Part shown: one piece after another, positions 37,635-50,088 of the stretch | Layout: every line of letters begins with the position of its first letter | Numbering within the stretch: the stretch's first letter is position 1 | Source of the DNA: Octopus bimaculoides | Taxonomy: Eukaryota | Length of the DNA stretch: 64,000 bases | Reading direction: 5' to 3' | NCBI RefSeq assembly: GCF_001194135.2 | Contig: NC_068985.1 | Span: forward strand, 2,843,070 to 2,907,069 | Translations under genes and position numbers: made by a program | The notes under the pieces: model-generated | What the model saw: the letters and a program-made list of their open reading frames with translations, nothing else | What the model was told of the DNA's origin: nothing | The model's database searches: none

Positions 37635-38584
37635 CAGTTTAGGCACCAGAATTAAGTATGGTATTATCCATTTAATTAAGCAATGTGAACATCGTTTATT
37701 AAATGGAGTCGCATGAAACGATCGTACTGCATTAACTTTGAATATCCTTGTTGCTTATTTTGACTATATATACGATGATGATGATGATGATGATGATATA
37801 TATGTATACACACACACACACACACACACACAAATATAATGTGTTCACCTATATGTGTATACATATCAGAAGCTCCGTTGAAGCTATAAGGTGTTACTCA
37901 AGTACTCAACTTTAAGTCCACTGCATCTCACAGCAGAAACGGCTGTAAGCTAATGAAGTTCTTAAGATAATCATTTATTCCTTTGTCATCACTTTTTCTT
38001 ATATACATACAGATATATATATATATACACACATACACACACATTTGTGTATATATTTATGTAAAAATGTGTGTATGTGTGTGTGAATATACATTTATAC
38101 ATATAGACACATGCATACATGACAATGAATTTACTATTTTTGTTAGGTGCAGCCACATTTGTGAGGTTAAGAAGTTCATTGCATAACCACAAGGTCTTAG
38201 ATTCAGTCTTACTGCATAGAACATTGGGCAAACGTCTGCCAAAATTGCCTCTGACCAACTGATGCTTGGGAAATAAAATTGGGAGACAGACACTGTACGA
38301 AAAGCCATCACATGTGTAAGTGCATGCCTGAAGGTGTGTATCAGAGGTATCGCTTTTACTTCTTGCATGAGATCACCTGAGTGAGAGAAACAGTGCCATT
38401 GAGTTCACATTTCTGGTGAATATTACCCTGGCCCATGGCTCAGCAATCTTGAAATAGTGAAATAAAAGCTTCTTTGCTTTTATAAAAGAGGAAAGGGTTG
38501 ATGACAAGAAAAGCATTCATCCATGAAAATACTACTGATGGAAACCTTGTGAGTGGACTCAGTACAATGAAACTGAAAAGAATC

Positions 38585-38618
<34 letters not shown>

Positions 38619-39139
38619 ATGCTTTACCTTCTCTTTGCCTTGACATTGTGTGATAGTTGTAAACAAGTGCCTCTGTCATACAAGCAGTCTCCTTCATTTG
38701 CAACTGTCCATAAAGACATGTCTCATGATAGGGAAATATTACTTTCTTTGGAAAAACGTGATGATTGGTTACAGAAAGACCATCTATCTGTCCATAGATC
38801 CAACTCATATGAACATGGAAAGATGGACATTAAAACAATGATGATGATGATGATGATATAGTCATCATTTTTATGTCTACTTTTCTATACTTGTCAGACA
38901 GAATCTCTTGAAGCAGATTTTCAAAATTCGGATGCCCTTCTTGTCACCAGACCTAATCTGTTTCCAAGCAAAGTAGGAAGATAGAATGATCTAAAATTTA
39001 TTCTGTAAAGAATTTATTTTTTTCTAAATTTTACAAACATAAAAATGTATTTCTGCAAAATTTCATCAAAAAGTATGCATTTCTGAAAAATTTAAGAGAA
39101 AAGTTGGGAGGGGGGATGTTAACATAATTGCAACATACA

Positions 39140-39380
39140 TCATTTCGAGCGTGGCTGTTTCCAGTACCCGCCTGACTGGCCCTCATGCCAGTGGCACATA
39201 AAAGCACGCACTACACTCTCTGAGTGGTTGGCGTTAGGAAGTGCATCCAGCTGTAGAAACTCTGCCAGATCAGATTGGAGCCTGGTGCAGCCATCTAGCT
39301 CACCAGTCCCCACTCAAACCGTCCAACCCATGCCAGCATGGAAAGCAAACATTAAACGACGATGATGGTGATGATGATGA
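39140..39380 (+). mobile_element. SINE family C copy (one internal unit)
   Basis: GCCAGTGGCACATAAAAGCAC...GGCGTTAGGAAGTGCATCCAG...CATGGAAAGCAAACATTAAACGACGATGATG. Confidence 0.85.
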
Positions 39381-40574
39381 TCCTTAAAAGGTATCTCTAC
39401 AATATTTCGTCAAACAATATGCATTTTTCAGAAGTTACACCAAAATAAACTAAGAGCTGGATGGAGAAACACAAGTTAAATACTAAACTATTTCCTTTTA
39501 GGTTAAAAGTACCTTTTCTAAACCAATGAAAGTTATATCATGTGTGTATGTGTGTTTGAAGCTCCATCATTTAAAATAAACATATAGTGTTCTTTTATAA
39601 ATTTATTTTTTAAACCATTTGAACAAAAACTGTGAAATTAAATGAAACTTTACAGCAAATGACAGTTTCATTTTGATCACAATGCCTGCTACTCCAGCCA
39701 CAATAATTATGATTTTTTCACTTTCCCTGATCTACAAATGCTGACTGCTACCTGCTTCATTTCCATCTGTCATTCAGTCATCCTCTACCAAATGCAACAA
39801 CAAACAAAACCAACATTTGCATTTATTGTGTGTGATTGTACCTTAAAGCATGTCATTGCCTATTTAATGTGGACAGTTTACTTCGATCTACATTTATAAG
39901 ATCTAAGATTCCACTAGAAACCCAGAAAGAGAACAATTTTCATCATAAATTCCTTGATTTCGATATATACCAGCAATGTATTTGTTTGCATCTATCTAAA
40001 TTTACAAATACAAACATACATGGAAACAGTATTTTAAGAAAACTCATTTACAAAAATAAGCTATTTCTCTTCTTGATTGTAATAAAGAGATTACCTATCA
40101 TCTTCTCTTTGACCTATTTCCCAAAATATGCATCAAGGATAATTTTCTTCTCAAACACTCTGTAGATATGTACTAAGCAAGCTTAACATTGATAAATGCA
40201 AATTATATTTATACAGCAAAATGATAATGCCTGGTGCAACATCAACATTTTCAGTGGGGCAATTTTCCTGATTACACCTATCATGGCAGTTCTCGCGATA
40301 AGGGCTTTATAGAGTAAAGTGTGTGTGTGGTGGTGGGGAGAGAGATCAGATATTCTACAGATAAATATGTATTATATGATGTTATGTTGTAGCACACATG
40401 CTTTTAAGTGAAATAAGTACCATATCATAGAAATGTACTATTTGGTTTCCAAATTGATGCTTCAAACAGTTTCTAATCAATAAAATGTAGTTTACAAATT
40501 GAAAAACAAGATATTTTAGTAAAACAAAAAGTATTAACATCAAGTGAAAATAATGAAGCCTGTTAGGAATGAAT

Positions 40575-40622
<48 letters not shown>

Positions 40623-40789
40623 AGCGTGCGTGTGTATGAGTGTGCATTCATTCACGAATATATAATTCTGTATTGTGTATAGAAATAGATTAACAAATTT
40701 GAACATGACAAGATTTTCCTGTAAATGTAAAGAGAACATACATGTATATTTGTGCATGTAGATGCATATTTATATTGCATCTGATAGGA

Positions 40790-41055
40790 AGAACCATAAA
40801 AATTTGTGTATATAATGGGGAGGAGAGTAGCAAGGGATGCTGAAAAAGAGGAGGAGGAAGAGGTGGACATGGGGAAGAGAAGGAGGGAGAAGTAAGGACA
40901 AGAGAGAGAAGAAGAGAAGAAGGGAAGAAAAAGAAATTTAGAAACTAAGAGATAGAAAGAGGGAAAGAAGGAGAAAATGAGAGAGTGAAGGAGTGGTCGG
41001 GAGAGAAAGAGAAAAGATGGAGAGGGGGGAGTGAGGGAAAGAGAGAGAGAGAGAT
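40790..41055. repeat. GA-rich low-complexity tract
   Basis: Purine-skewed simple sequence. Confidence 0.85.
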
Positions 41056-42333
41056 GTATGACCTGCAAGATAATTATCCTTTAAAAAATTCTTGTGAAGA
41101 GAGCTCTAATGACCTCACAAGGTCATCAGGTCATGACATTTGATGTGCAGCTGTACAAGCTTTTCTTCTAAATGATGTGCACTTACACTAGGAACCAGTC
41201 CTTTCTCCTTACTCTTTCAATTAGACTTGTAGACAAATGCAAAATCACTATCATCATCATCATCATCGTCATCATCACCATCATCATCATCATCATCGTC
41301 ATTACTGCAGGCACAGCAACAGCTGCCACCACCACCACTGTTTAACCAGTAATTGTTACCACCACCACCAACACCTTCACTACCATCACTCCTATATTAC
41401 TGTTCCAACTATCAGCAGAGTCAACAAAACTTATAAAATCTAAATTGACCTTCCAAAGAGATTATGGTTAAAATATTTTGCAGCAGTACTGTTGCACTTT
41501 CATATTTTAGTTTTATTACGAAAAATAATGAGGATACAACAATTGGTAGAGCAATATTATAAGTTGACGTATGTAGGAAAGATGCCAGGCCTTAATGATG
41601 AAAATTAGGTGAAAAAATGCTTGTATACATAGAAGAAGCAGAAGGGGAAAATGTGAGAAATGCTGAGGCCAAATGTCAGGGTGCCTAAGATAATATTCCA
41701 AAACATGGAAACAGTTTTGGATAAACTGAATAGAAAATCAGTCCAACATACCAGGATGAACATTAAAACATGAGAGATGAAATATAGAAGGACATATTTG
41801 ATAACGATAGTAACAATAAGTTATCCGAAGGCCATGTGGTTAGGAGATTTGCTTGGTAATAATGTGGTCCTCAGTTCAATCCCACAACATAGCACCTTGC
41901 ACCAATGTCCTCTACTGTAGCCTCAGATTGACAGAAGCATTGTGAGAAAAATTTGACAAACAACAACTACACAGAAGTCTTTTGAATGTGTGTGTATGTG
42001 TGTGTGTTTTTTATTGGNNNNNNNNNNACACCTTCCAAAAGTCCCATGCGGAGAGCCTGAACTCAAAACCAAATGGTTGAGAAGGAAACTTCTTAATCAC
42101 ACAACCATGCCTGTACCTTTGAGCATGGAAGAGAGACAAGGAGAGGGAGGGAGGGAGGGGGCACATGTATACACATATACATACACCAATATATCTATAT
42201 AAGCACTTAATACATAATGATTAGTTTGACAATATATCTGGTTTTGCCAATGGCTCTTCAGGAACGAAAGAACAATATTTAGAGAAACTAATTTTAAGTT
42301 ACAATTTGCAAGAATGAAACACTAAAATTATAA

Positions 42334-42378
<45 letters not shown>

Positions 42379-43234
42379 CATAATCCCATATGCACATATG
42401 GTTAGGTATATGGACACATTTGTACACCTGCACACAAAACTCACACTAACGTACATACACATCTATACAAAAGTGTATACATATAAACAACGATGCTCAC
42501 ATAGTTATACAAAGATTTCTCATTATCCATTCAGCTTATCTAAGCATCAACAACACACAGATAATTGACTCTCATTCATTTATCCACTACTCACCTCTTC
42601 CCCTACCCTCACCAGTTACTTCCCTACTTTACACACTTCATTGTTCCTGTTCTTTCCTTCATTCTTTCTTTCAAATGTTTTCATTCACTTCTCTATTTAA
42701 ATCCTCATTCTTTGTATCTATTTTACATGTATATATATATATATATATATTTCTATATATATATATATATATATTGTTTTAATTTTATTTTGTATTATAA
42801 TTTTATATTATATATATTTATATCTATATTTTATATTGTCATAGTTTATAATTTTATATTTTCAAAATTACATATCTTAAATGATAATATATTTTTACAT
42901 AATTTATATTTTCATATTTCCATATTTTTATATAATATACACATTAAAATTGACTTCTGTTTATATATATATATATATATACACACAGATACATAGGAGA
43001 GAGAGAGAGAGAGTGCAAAATATAGATGTCTATTGCCTCGAAGTATAAACATATATGTTTTGGTGTATATGAAAATGAATATCTTGTAAATTTTCTGCTA
43101 AACCCGTACAGATATACACATACCTACATCTATAAAAAAAGAAATAAAAAGAGATTCATATAATTCAATCCATACCATAGTTTAATATGTGCATGTGTTT
43201 ATTATATATATGTAATGTGTGTATATATATATAA

Positions 43235-43683
43235 ACTTAGATATGTTTTGACCAAAGATTGGTCCAAGCCATGTCTAACTTAATAGCACCACCTGATAGG
43301 ATTATCTAAATCCTTTTTAAGTCAAGTTTTGTTTATGGTCCATTCAAATAGTGAGTTCTTGTTGAGTGAGTTGTATCCAGATATGGGTGGCTTATCTGGT
43401 ATTCCTTGAAGAAATTTGTCCAGACTCCATTTAAAGATGATAGGATCCTTTTCCTCTTTAATCAGTTTTGGGACAATGTTAAACAGGGCAGGGCCTGTTG
43501 AGGAAAAGAAATGTACCTATATGTTGTGACCCTGAATTGGGCAGGGGATGTATGGCCCATGGTCCCAGCCTTGGATGAACCTTGAAACAAATGTTCCGGT
43601 TGTTTGGGCAATGCTGGCGGTATATTCTCCACATCGTACAGATGATGTACCACCCACGGCGGCGCTGGAGAGAGTATAGCTTC
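43235..43683 (-). mobile_element. Second CR1 LINE 3' end (same family as 18500-19540)
   Basis: LKLYSLQRRRGWYIICTMWRIYRQHCPN...LPNSGSQ and a shared 3' UTR ending ...CTAAGTTTATATATAT. Confidence 0.9.
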
Positions 43684-43790
43684 AAATCCACTCACAAAGC
43701 TTTGGTTGGCCCAAGGCTATAGTAGAAGATACTTCCCCAAGGTCCATGCAGTAGGACTGAACCCGGAACCATGTGGTTGGTAAGCAAGCT
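43683..43790 (-). mobile_element. SINE family A 5' head joined to the CR1 tail
   Basis: CAAATCCACTCACAAAGCTTTGGTTGGCCC...GACTGAACCCGGAACCATGTGGTTGGTAAGCAAGCT. Confidence 0.85.
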
Positions 43791-43834
43791 ATATATACAT
43801 ATATGCACCTATATATATATATATATATATATTC

Positions 43835-44090
43835 CCATGCCAGTGGCACATAAAAGCACCATCCAAACTTGGTCGATGCCAGCCCCCTCTGGCCCCCGTG
43901 CCGAAGGCATGTAAAAAGCACCCACTACTCTCTCGGAGTGGTCGGCATTGGGAAGGGCATCCAGCTGTAGAAACACTGCCAGATCAGATTGGAGCCTCGT
44001 GCAGCCTCCTGGCTTCCCAGACCCCAGTCGAACCATCCAACCCATGCCAGCATGGAAAGCAGACGTTAAACGATGATGATGATGATGATA
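43835..44090 (+). mobile_element. SINE family C copy (two internal units)
   Basis: Two GCAC(A/G)T(G)(T)AAAAAGCAC units, then GGCATTGGGAAGGGCATCCAG...GACGTTAAACGATGATG. Confidence 0.88.
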
Positions 44091-44849
44091 TATATAAAGA
44101 AGATATCACTACAGGAGTATGGCTAGTATGAAACCCCTGTTTGATTTTACATTAGAACTTTAATATCAATATTTTATTTTATTTATTCACTGGATTTCCG
44201 TTTTCTGTGATAATTAATATAGAAAAATTAGTTAAATTAACACTGTGCCGTAATCATTTTACAAATGATTAGAACATAGTATTTACCACAATTATTAAAG
44301 AAAAACCCTCTCAGAGACATTAGTATCAACTTGTATAATGATAGAAGTTAATCACTAGATATCCAATTGGATAGTAATAATCTAGAAAAGTAGAGACAAG
44401 ACACAATGATGTCAGACGTAACACCAAATCGCTCATGAAATGATACGATACAAACTAATAGACATTCTGTATAACAGATGTCTCTAGTCCATTTCAATAC
44501 GGAAAGAGACAATGAAAGGAACAATTGTCATAGTGGACATGGTGGTGGTGGTGTTGGTTCGTGTGCAAAAAAAAAGACATGACATGATTCATTTTAATGG
44601 ATGTGAGTAATGTTGGTGTTTAGGCATTATTAGATTGCTCAAACTTGAATGCTTCAGGCAAGGAGCCTCCTTTTGAGAATGAAATAACATAGATTTAGCT
44701 TTTGTTCAGAGAAGAATAACTTAGAACATGTTTTTTGTTTTTTGTTTTTTTAAACTTTAATACAGAAATTATTTTTTCTCTATCATGGACCAGCACTTGT
44801 CCCATCAAAATCTAGAGCTTAACTTTGATCATTAAGGAATGTATAGAAG

Positions 44850-45200
44850 GTCATTGTTAGAACATAAGAGCTTCTTATCTCCATCAGAATGACTCAGGCC
44901 TTATAGATTAAGATATGACTATGTAAAATTGGCAACATAACATACGCCTGAAGGTTTGTAGATAAACCAGTTGCAACTATTTATATATAAAAATGAATAG
45001 AAAAGTAAACAGTGCAACATTTTTCACAATGCCTGCACTAAGAATTCTTCTAACAAAGAGCAACAGTTTATTGGAAATATGGGTAACATGTATTAGCGTT
45101 TCCACAAATTCTATAAATTCTAGTCTATTGAAAATATTGCTGATAATGTCCAGCCTGACCCCTGCCGTTTGTTATGAATAAGAAATTTATTCCCACATCT
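44850..45200 (-). pseudogene. Possible Maverick/Polinton-associated ORF relic
   Basis: HNKRQGSGWTLSAIFSID*NL...CLLFYS...YLNL*GL...DKKLLCSNND loosely follows GSGW.L..I..L.IN...CF.Y...LNF.GI.FP..I.KFE..N; many stops. Confidence 0.3.
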
Positions 45201-45558
45201 TAATCTAACGTAGTTCATAAAGAGCATCTTTCCATTGCAGTCATTACCCAGTCGTTATTCACAACAGGCCAGGACTGTGTATAATGGCAAACAAATCATT
45301 GTACATATGTAGAACCAAATACAGGAATGAGTCAAAAGAATTATAACAAAGCAGGATGTCTTGAATCACACATCACTGCCCACCACCCTACCATCTGATC
45401 TGTACTTTCTATTTACCTACCCACCCACCCACTAGCCCTTACCTGGCATCCACCAGACTCAAGAAATCTGTTTGGCGACCTGCTAGCTGTCTTCATACAC
45501 ACTCCCTATTATCCTTACGCTTTCCAAGCAACTGCTATTCAAAGAAATTGGTGGTTAG

Positions 45559-45599
<41 letters not shown>

Positions 45600-46163
45600 T
45601 GTATGTATATGTACATACACTCACGAAAGAAAGAAAACTAAGGGGAAAAAATGATTCAACTTGTTTTGCATTGACAGTACAAGACCAAGTCAATACCACA
45701 GCAGACAGGGAAGTTAAACACACCGAAAGAGACAATCTATTGCATCATCTCTTTCCAAATAGACAGCTAGCCTAAGATAGGATGCAAACAGAATATTACA
45801 AAAGAGAACCTGATTGCTGTCTGAATAGACGATGTGCATACAGTCATGCATGAGTGCATTGTCCTGTACAGGCAGGCAGTTTACATATTCACAGTAACAT
45901 ACATACACTATCTTACTAATACATGCTATCATTAGTACACATACGGACAAAAGTACATTGCAGTTTTCTTTAGCATCCCTATGAACGAATTGTAAGGAGG
46001 CAAAACAGATAGGGATGGGATTCCCATTTATGAATATACTGGTATTTAAGTAGGGACATGAATAGATTTTAAGTGAACTGGTAGAATATAGGCTGATTAC
46101 ATTTCCCCATATGATATAGATATATATATATATATATACTTCATTTAAAAGCAGCAGAAATAT

Positions 46164-46216
46164 AACAAAAGCTGGTACTCAGGGTTTCACATTCCCGTTC
46201 ATCAGACAGTTTTGTT
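46164..46216 (-). ncRNA. Second hammerhead motif (core intact, helices I/III mismatched)
   Basis: Reverse strand reads AACAAAACUGU-CUGAUGA-AC-GGGAAU-GU-GAAAC-CCUGAGUA-CCAGCUUUUGUU. Confidence 0.6.
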
Positions 46217-46250
46217 GAAAAAAAAAAAAAATTGACCCTTTTTTTTTTTT

Positions 46251-46303
46251 AACAAATCTGTCTGACGAACAGGAACGTGAAACTCTAAGTAACAGCTTTT
46301 GTT
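46251..46303 (+). ncRNA. Minimal type I hammerhead ribozyme motif
   Basis: Helix I CUGU(46258-61)/ACAG(46292-95), extended by AACAAA/UUUUGUU; CUGACGA 46262-68; stem II AC-AGGAAC-GU; GAAAC 46279-83; helix III ACU-CUA-AGU; GUA cleavage triplet 46289-91. Confidence 0.75.
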
Positions 46304-46323
46304 ATACTTCTGCTGCTTTTAAA

Positions 46324-46400
46324 TAAAGCAAATTACTCTACCTCTGGTATTTGAGTACTCTTTTTCCCACCTTGTTTCACATTTATGTGCTTACTCCAGT
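46324..46400 (+). mobile_element. Continuation of the putative Penelope-like pseudo-LTR downstream of the hammerhead
   Basis: Reverse complement of 17893-17965. Confidence 0.55.
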
Positions 46401-47099
46401 ATATACATAAAGCATACAAGGGAGTGAGGTTTACAAACATCCATAAACAGAAACTATAAAAGAAAAGAAAAGACAAAACATTTTCATAAATATCTTTGAA
46501 AACTGATGGAAAAGACAACAAAAAAAAAGTGACAGAATGAAACTGCAATGGGGCACTGCAATGGGGCACTGCAATAGACAGCCGAGGAACATGAGTGTAA
46601 CTCAATGACAGTAGTGATGATGAGTAGAGTGTTAATGTTGAAGATAATGTCTGTGGAGGTATGTATGGTTATGGAGGGAAGGGGATGGATATTATAGAGA
46701 TGGAATCTATTAAATGGATTCTCTCAAATCAGTAATGTTCATGAATGACAAACCCTCTAGAACAATATCCCTTAAAACCCACTGAAGATAGAACAGCAAA
46801 TAGATAGAAAAATAAGTGACTTAGACTTGATACGGGTTCCACAGATATTTGGTAAATAGAAGACCTGTTCTTGTACTAAAAGTACCGTACAGTTCTGTCA
46901 CAAGTCATAACGTAACATTTCTTAGTTCTTACCTGCAGTTACGTATTTTGTTCAGCTACACTTACAAACTGAGAACTAAGATAGTCTTATTTATATTTGA
47001 ATTTTATTTATGTAGACCATGTAAATTTAAAATAATTTTTCATGAAGCATGAACAAAAGATAGATACATATTATCCTAAATCATTCACTAGTTCGCACT

Positions 47100-47260
47100 T
47101 GCTTTCAAGAGATTTACTGAAAGCGATTCTGTTGCTTTCAACATCAGCAAAGCTTTCAATTATGCATGGCATGCAAATCTACCAAAAGCGTCTGTCCAGC
47201 AGCTCTGCTTCTCCATTCATGCCTTGTATCAGTAGCTTCCTACCATCATCATACTTATAG
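47100..47260 (+). pseudogene. Jockey/CR1-group LINE RT fossil, part 1
   Basis: ESDSVAFNISKAFNYAWHANL...CISSFL, resembling VALDISKAFDRVWH..LL.K...WISSFL. Confidence 0.6.
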
Positions 47261-47299
47261 CAACATGTTACAAGTAAGATCCTCACAGACCAGCGAATC

Positions 47300-47672
47300 T
47301 TTTATTTGTTTCAGCCATTTGACTGTGGCCATGCTGGGGCACTGCCTTGAAGAAGCTTTAGTCGAATAAATCGACCCCAGGACTTTAATTTTAAAAAAAG
47401 ACCAGGTACTTACTCTGGCAGTCTTTTTTGCCGAAATACTAAGTTACACATCAACACTGGTAGCCAAGCAGTGGTGGGAGACAAATGCAAAGACACACAC
47501 ATACATATATATGCAGTAGGCTTCTTTCAGTTTCTCTCTACCAAATCCACTCATAAGGCTTTGGTTGACCAAAAACTATAGCAGAAGACATTCAAGGTGT
47601 TATGCTGTAAGAATGAACCCAGAACCATGTAGGTGGAAAGCAAGCTTCTTACCAAACAGCCACACCTGCGCC
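47300..47672 (-). mobile_element. SINE family A copy
   Basis: Homologous to 5065-5613, with head CACACCTGCGCCT. Confidence 0.85.
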
Positions 47673-48029
47673 TAGGGCTCAGTTTTTTTGTCCACACTTT
47701 TCCTTTTATACATCAATGACATATTTGCCATCAGTTCTAACAATGCCTCCCCATCCCCACTCCAACCTGATGATACTACCTGTCACTCTTCATTAATCTC
47801 TTCAACCAAGTATCATCCACATCCAAATTAGATTCCTTACACCTGGCTCTGCATTAGCGTGAAGCACAGATCCCATCATACTTCCCCTAATGTTATTTTC
47901 CTCCAACTTCAATAAGAGACAATCACTGCCTACAGCTATCCCTGTCCCTCTATCACACTCCAACCTCTCACCTGGCACACAGCCACTTCTCTTAGTTCTT
48001 CTCCCTCTCTCAGGTGAGATGTCCTTGTC

Positions 48030-48392
48030 ATGCAAGCCACTTTGCGACCCCATGCGTACTGGTGCCATGTTAAAGGCACCCATGCTGGCACCATATAAAG
48101 AGTATCTGTGCTGGCACTATGTAAAAAAAACACCAGTGCCAGTGCCATGTAAAAGGCACCTGTGTTGGTACCGCATAAAAAGCACAGGTGCTGGTCCCAC
48201 GGATATAAAGACCCTTGTACACTCTGTAAAGTAGTTGGCATTAGGAAGGACATCCAGCTATAGAAACCATGCCAAAATGGACAACTGGAGCCTGATGATG
48301 TCTTCTGGCCTGCCTGCTCCTGTCAAACCATTCAACCCATGCTAGTATGGAAAATAGATGTAAAATGATGATGATGATGATGATGATGATGA
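48030..48392 (+). mobile_element. SINE family C copy with ~21-bp subrepeat array
   Basis: About five GTGC(T/C)(G/A)G(T/C)(G/A)CCA(T/C)(G/A)TAAAA-like units, then GTTGGCATTAGGAAGGACATCCAG...(GAT)n. Confidence 0.8.
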
Positions 48393-48539
48393 TGTAAAGA
48401 AACATGAACACTGCACATCTATAACCCTCAGGTTTGTTTTAAATAATTGCCCTTACAATCACAGATCTCTTTGGGAAAAAGCAAACCCTCAGCATAACAA
48501 AGACTGCATCACTGAGACTTGTCTTGTACTTCAAAGATA

Positions 48540-48920
48540 GAAATTACTTCAGCTCCAAACTACTGACTCTCTGCAAAACTCATTTTAGAACTGCAATGCA
48601 GCACTGCTCCTACATCTGAGACAACACTGCTTCTTTACTCACAGAGATCTTAGAATGCATCCAAAGAAAGGTTTGGCCCATAAGTATGCCATCTCTTCTC
48701 TCTACTTTTTCTTTCTTTCTTCCATTGGAGTGGCCTCTGTTTCTTGAAAGTGGCTGGTCCCATGCCATAACCATTCACTTATCTCTCTTATCCTGTAATC
48801 TATATTGTCGCAATTCTCATATCTCTGTGCTAACCATTATGCTCTCTCTCTCTCTCTCTCTCTCTCAAATATCAGCCTTCAAGAGTTTCCTGTTTGCATA
48901 CCTGTTCAACAACCATCAGC
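48540..48920 (+). pseudogene. Jockey/CR1-group LINE RT fossil, part 2
   Basis: LLTLCKTHFRTAMQHCSYI*DNTASLLTEILECIQRKV, resembling LL.LYKAQIRP.MEYCSHIW...LLDRIQ.KA. Confidence 0.55.
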
Positions 48921-49697
48921 TTGCAACTATTCAAGTAAAATGCTAAATATATCAGTCCCCAGTTCTAAACCAAACCAACAAAAAGAAATAATTATTGCTC
49001 ATCCCTTCTACTGCCATTTTAAAATTTAAATTTCTTGAACAACATTTTGAATTTTTATCAGAAATTATCAATATTTGACCTTTGAGAATTTCATAAGTGT
49101 AGAGACAATCAGCAAAAATACAGAACAAACAAGACATTAATATTCTCATACAGACATGAGGAAATTTCAGGGAGCTTGGAGGTGAAAATCTTTTAGCCAC
49201 TTATCATGTATCATAGGAAATTGTATTAAATATACTCTAATGCAATAACACAAATAATTAAATTATAATATATGATGTGATAATATTAATAATTAAATCT
49301 AATGTAATAATGTAATGTATATTGTCTTTTCGCCACACGAGGTACTACCTTAATTACTAGTGGCTACTATATTTTTAAAAATAATTATCTCGTAGGAAAT
49401 TAAGAAAGTCTTTATTTAGAATATTTATTAAAAAGTATTTATAATAGAGACCATTATTTTCTTTATTTCTTCTTTGGATAAATGGTGAATTTTTCAATGT
49501 CTGAAATGAAACTCACAAATGTTTAAGATTCATTTTACTTTGCTGGTCAAATGAATTGGTAATTTGGAACATTATTTCGGTACTAATGAAGAAAATATCT
49601 TTATGATATTATGTCTTTTCTTCCATCCCATATGACTCACCAGTAAACTGGCAACCATTTATTCTCAGCTAGAGAAATTGGCAGTTAAATGACAAAA

Positions 49698-50088
49698 TAC
49701 GAGGGTGAATCAAAAAGTAATATCATTTTGTTTAGGACAGGTATAATTACCAACACAGGAACATGTATCATACATCAAAATGAAGCTAGTCCTCTATGGA
49801 TCACATCCCTACTTCTCAAGATAGTCACCGTTTCTCTCAGTAGCAATGTTCCACCTTCAAATGAGAGCATGTATCCCTGCCCCATAAAATTCTGTTGACT
49901 GTTCTTTGAGCCACCTCTTCGCTACAGTTTTCACTTCCTCGTCACTAGAATAATTTAGCGCCTTCAGACTATCATCTTTTCGGCCCCATGAGAGAGGGTT
50001 TGAAAGGCAAACATTATTCCAGAGACAATGAAGTGAAAACTGTAGTGAAGAAGTGGCACAAAGAACAGTCAACAAAATTTTACATGGC
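49698..50088. mobile_element. Mariner-derived fold-back element
   Basis: TA+CGAGGGTGAATCAAAAAGT terminus; minus strand YSSDEEVKTVAKRWLKEQSTEFYGAGIHALI*RWNIATERNGDYLEK*; plus strand LAPSDYHLFGPMREGLKGKHYSRDNEVKTVVKKWHKEQSTKFY. Confidence 0.88.

Larger units (their letters stand above)
46143..46324. repeat. ~180-nt inverted repeat (arms ~88% identical, A14-TTGACCC-T12 centre)
   Basis: 46143-46217 against the reverse complement of 46250-46324 shows about 9 mismatches in about 75 nt. Confidence 0.93.

Noticed and set aside
42565-42996. 143-aa Y/I/F-rich ORF
   Set aside because: AT-rich simple sequence.
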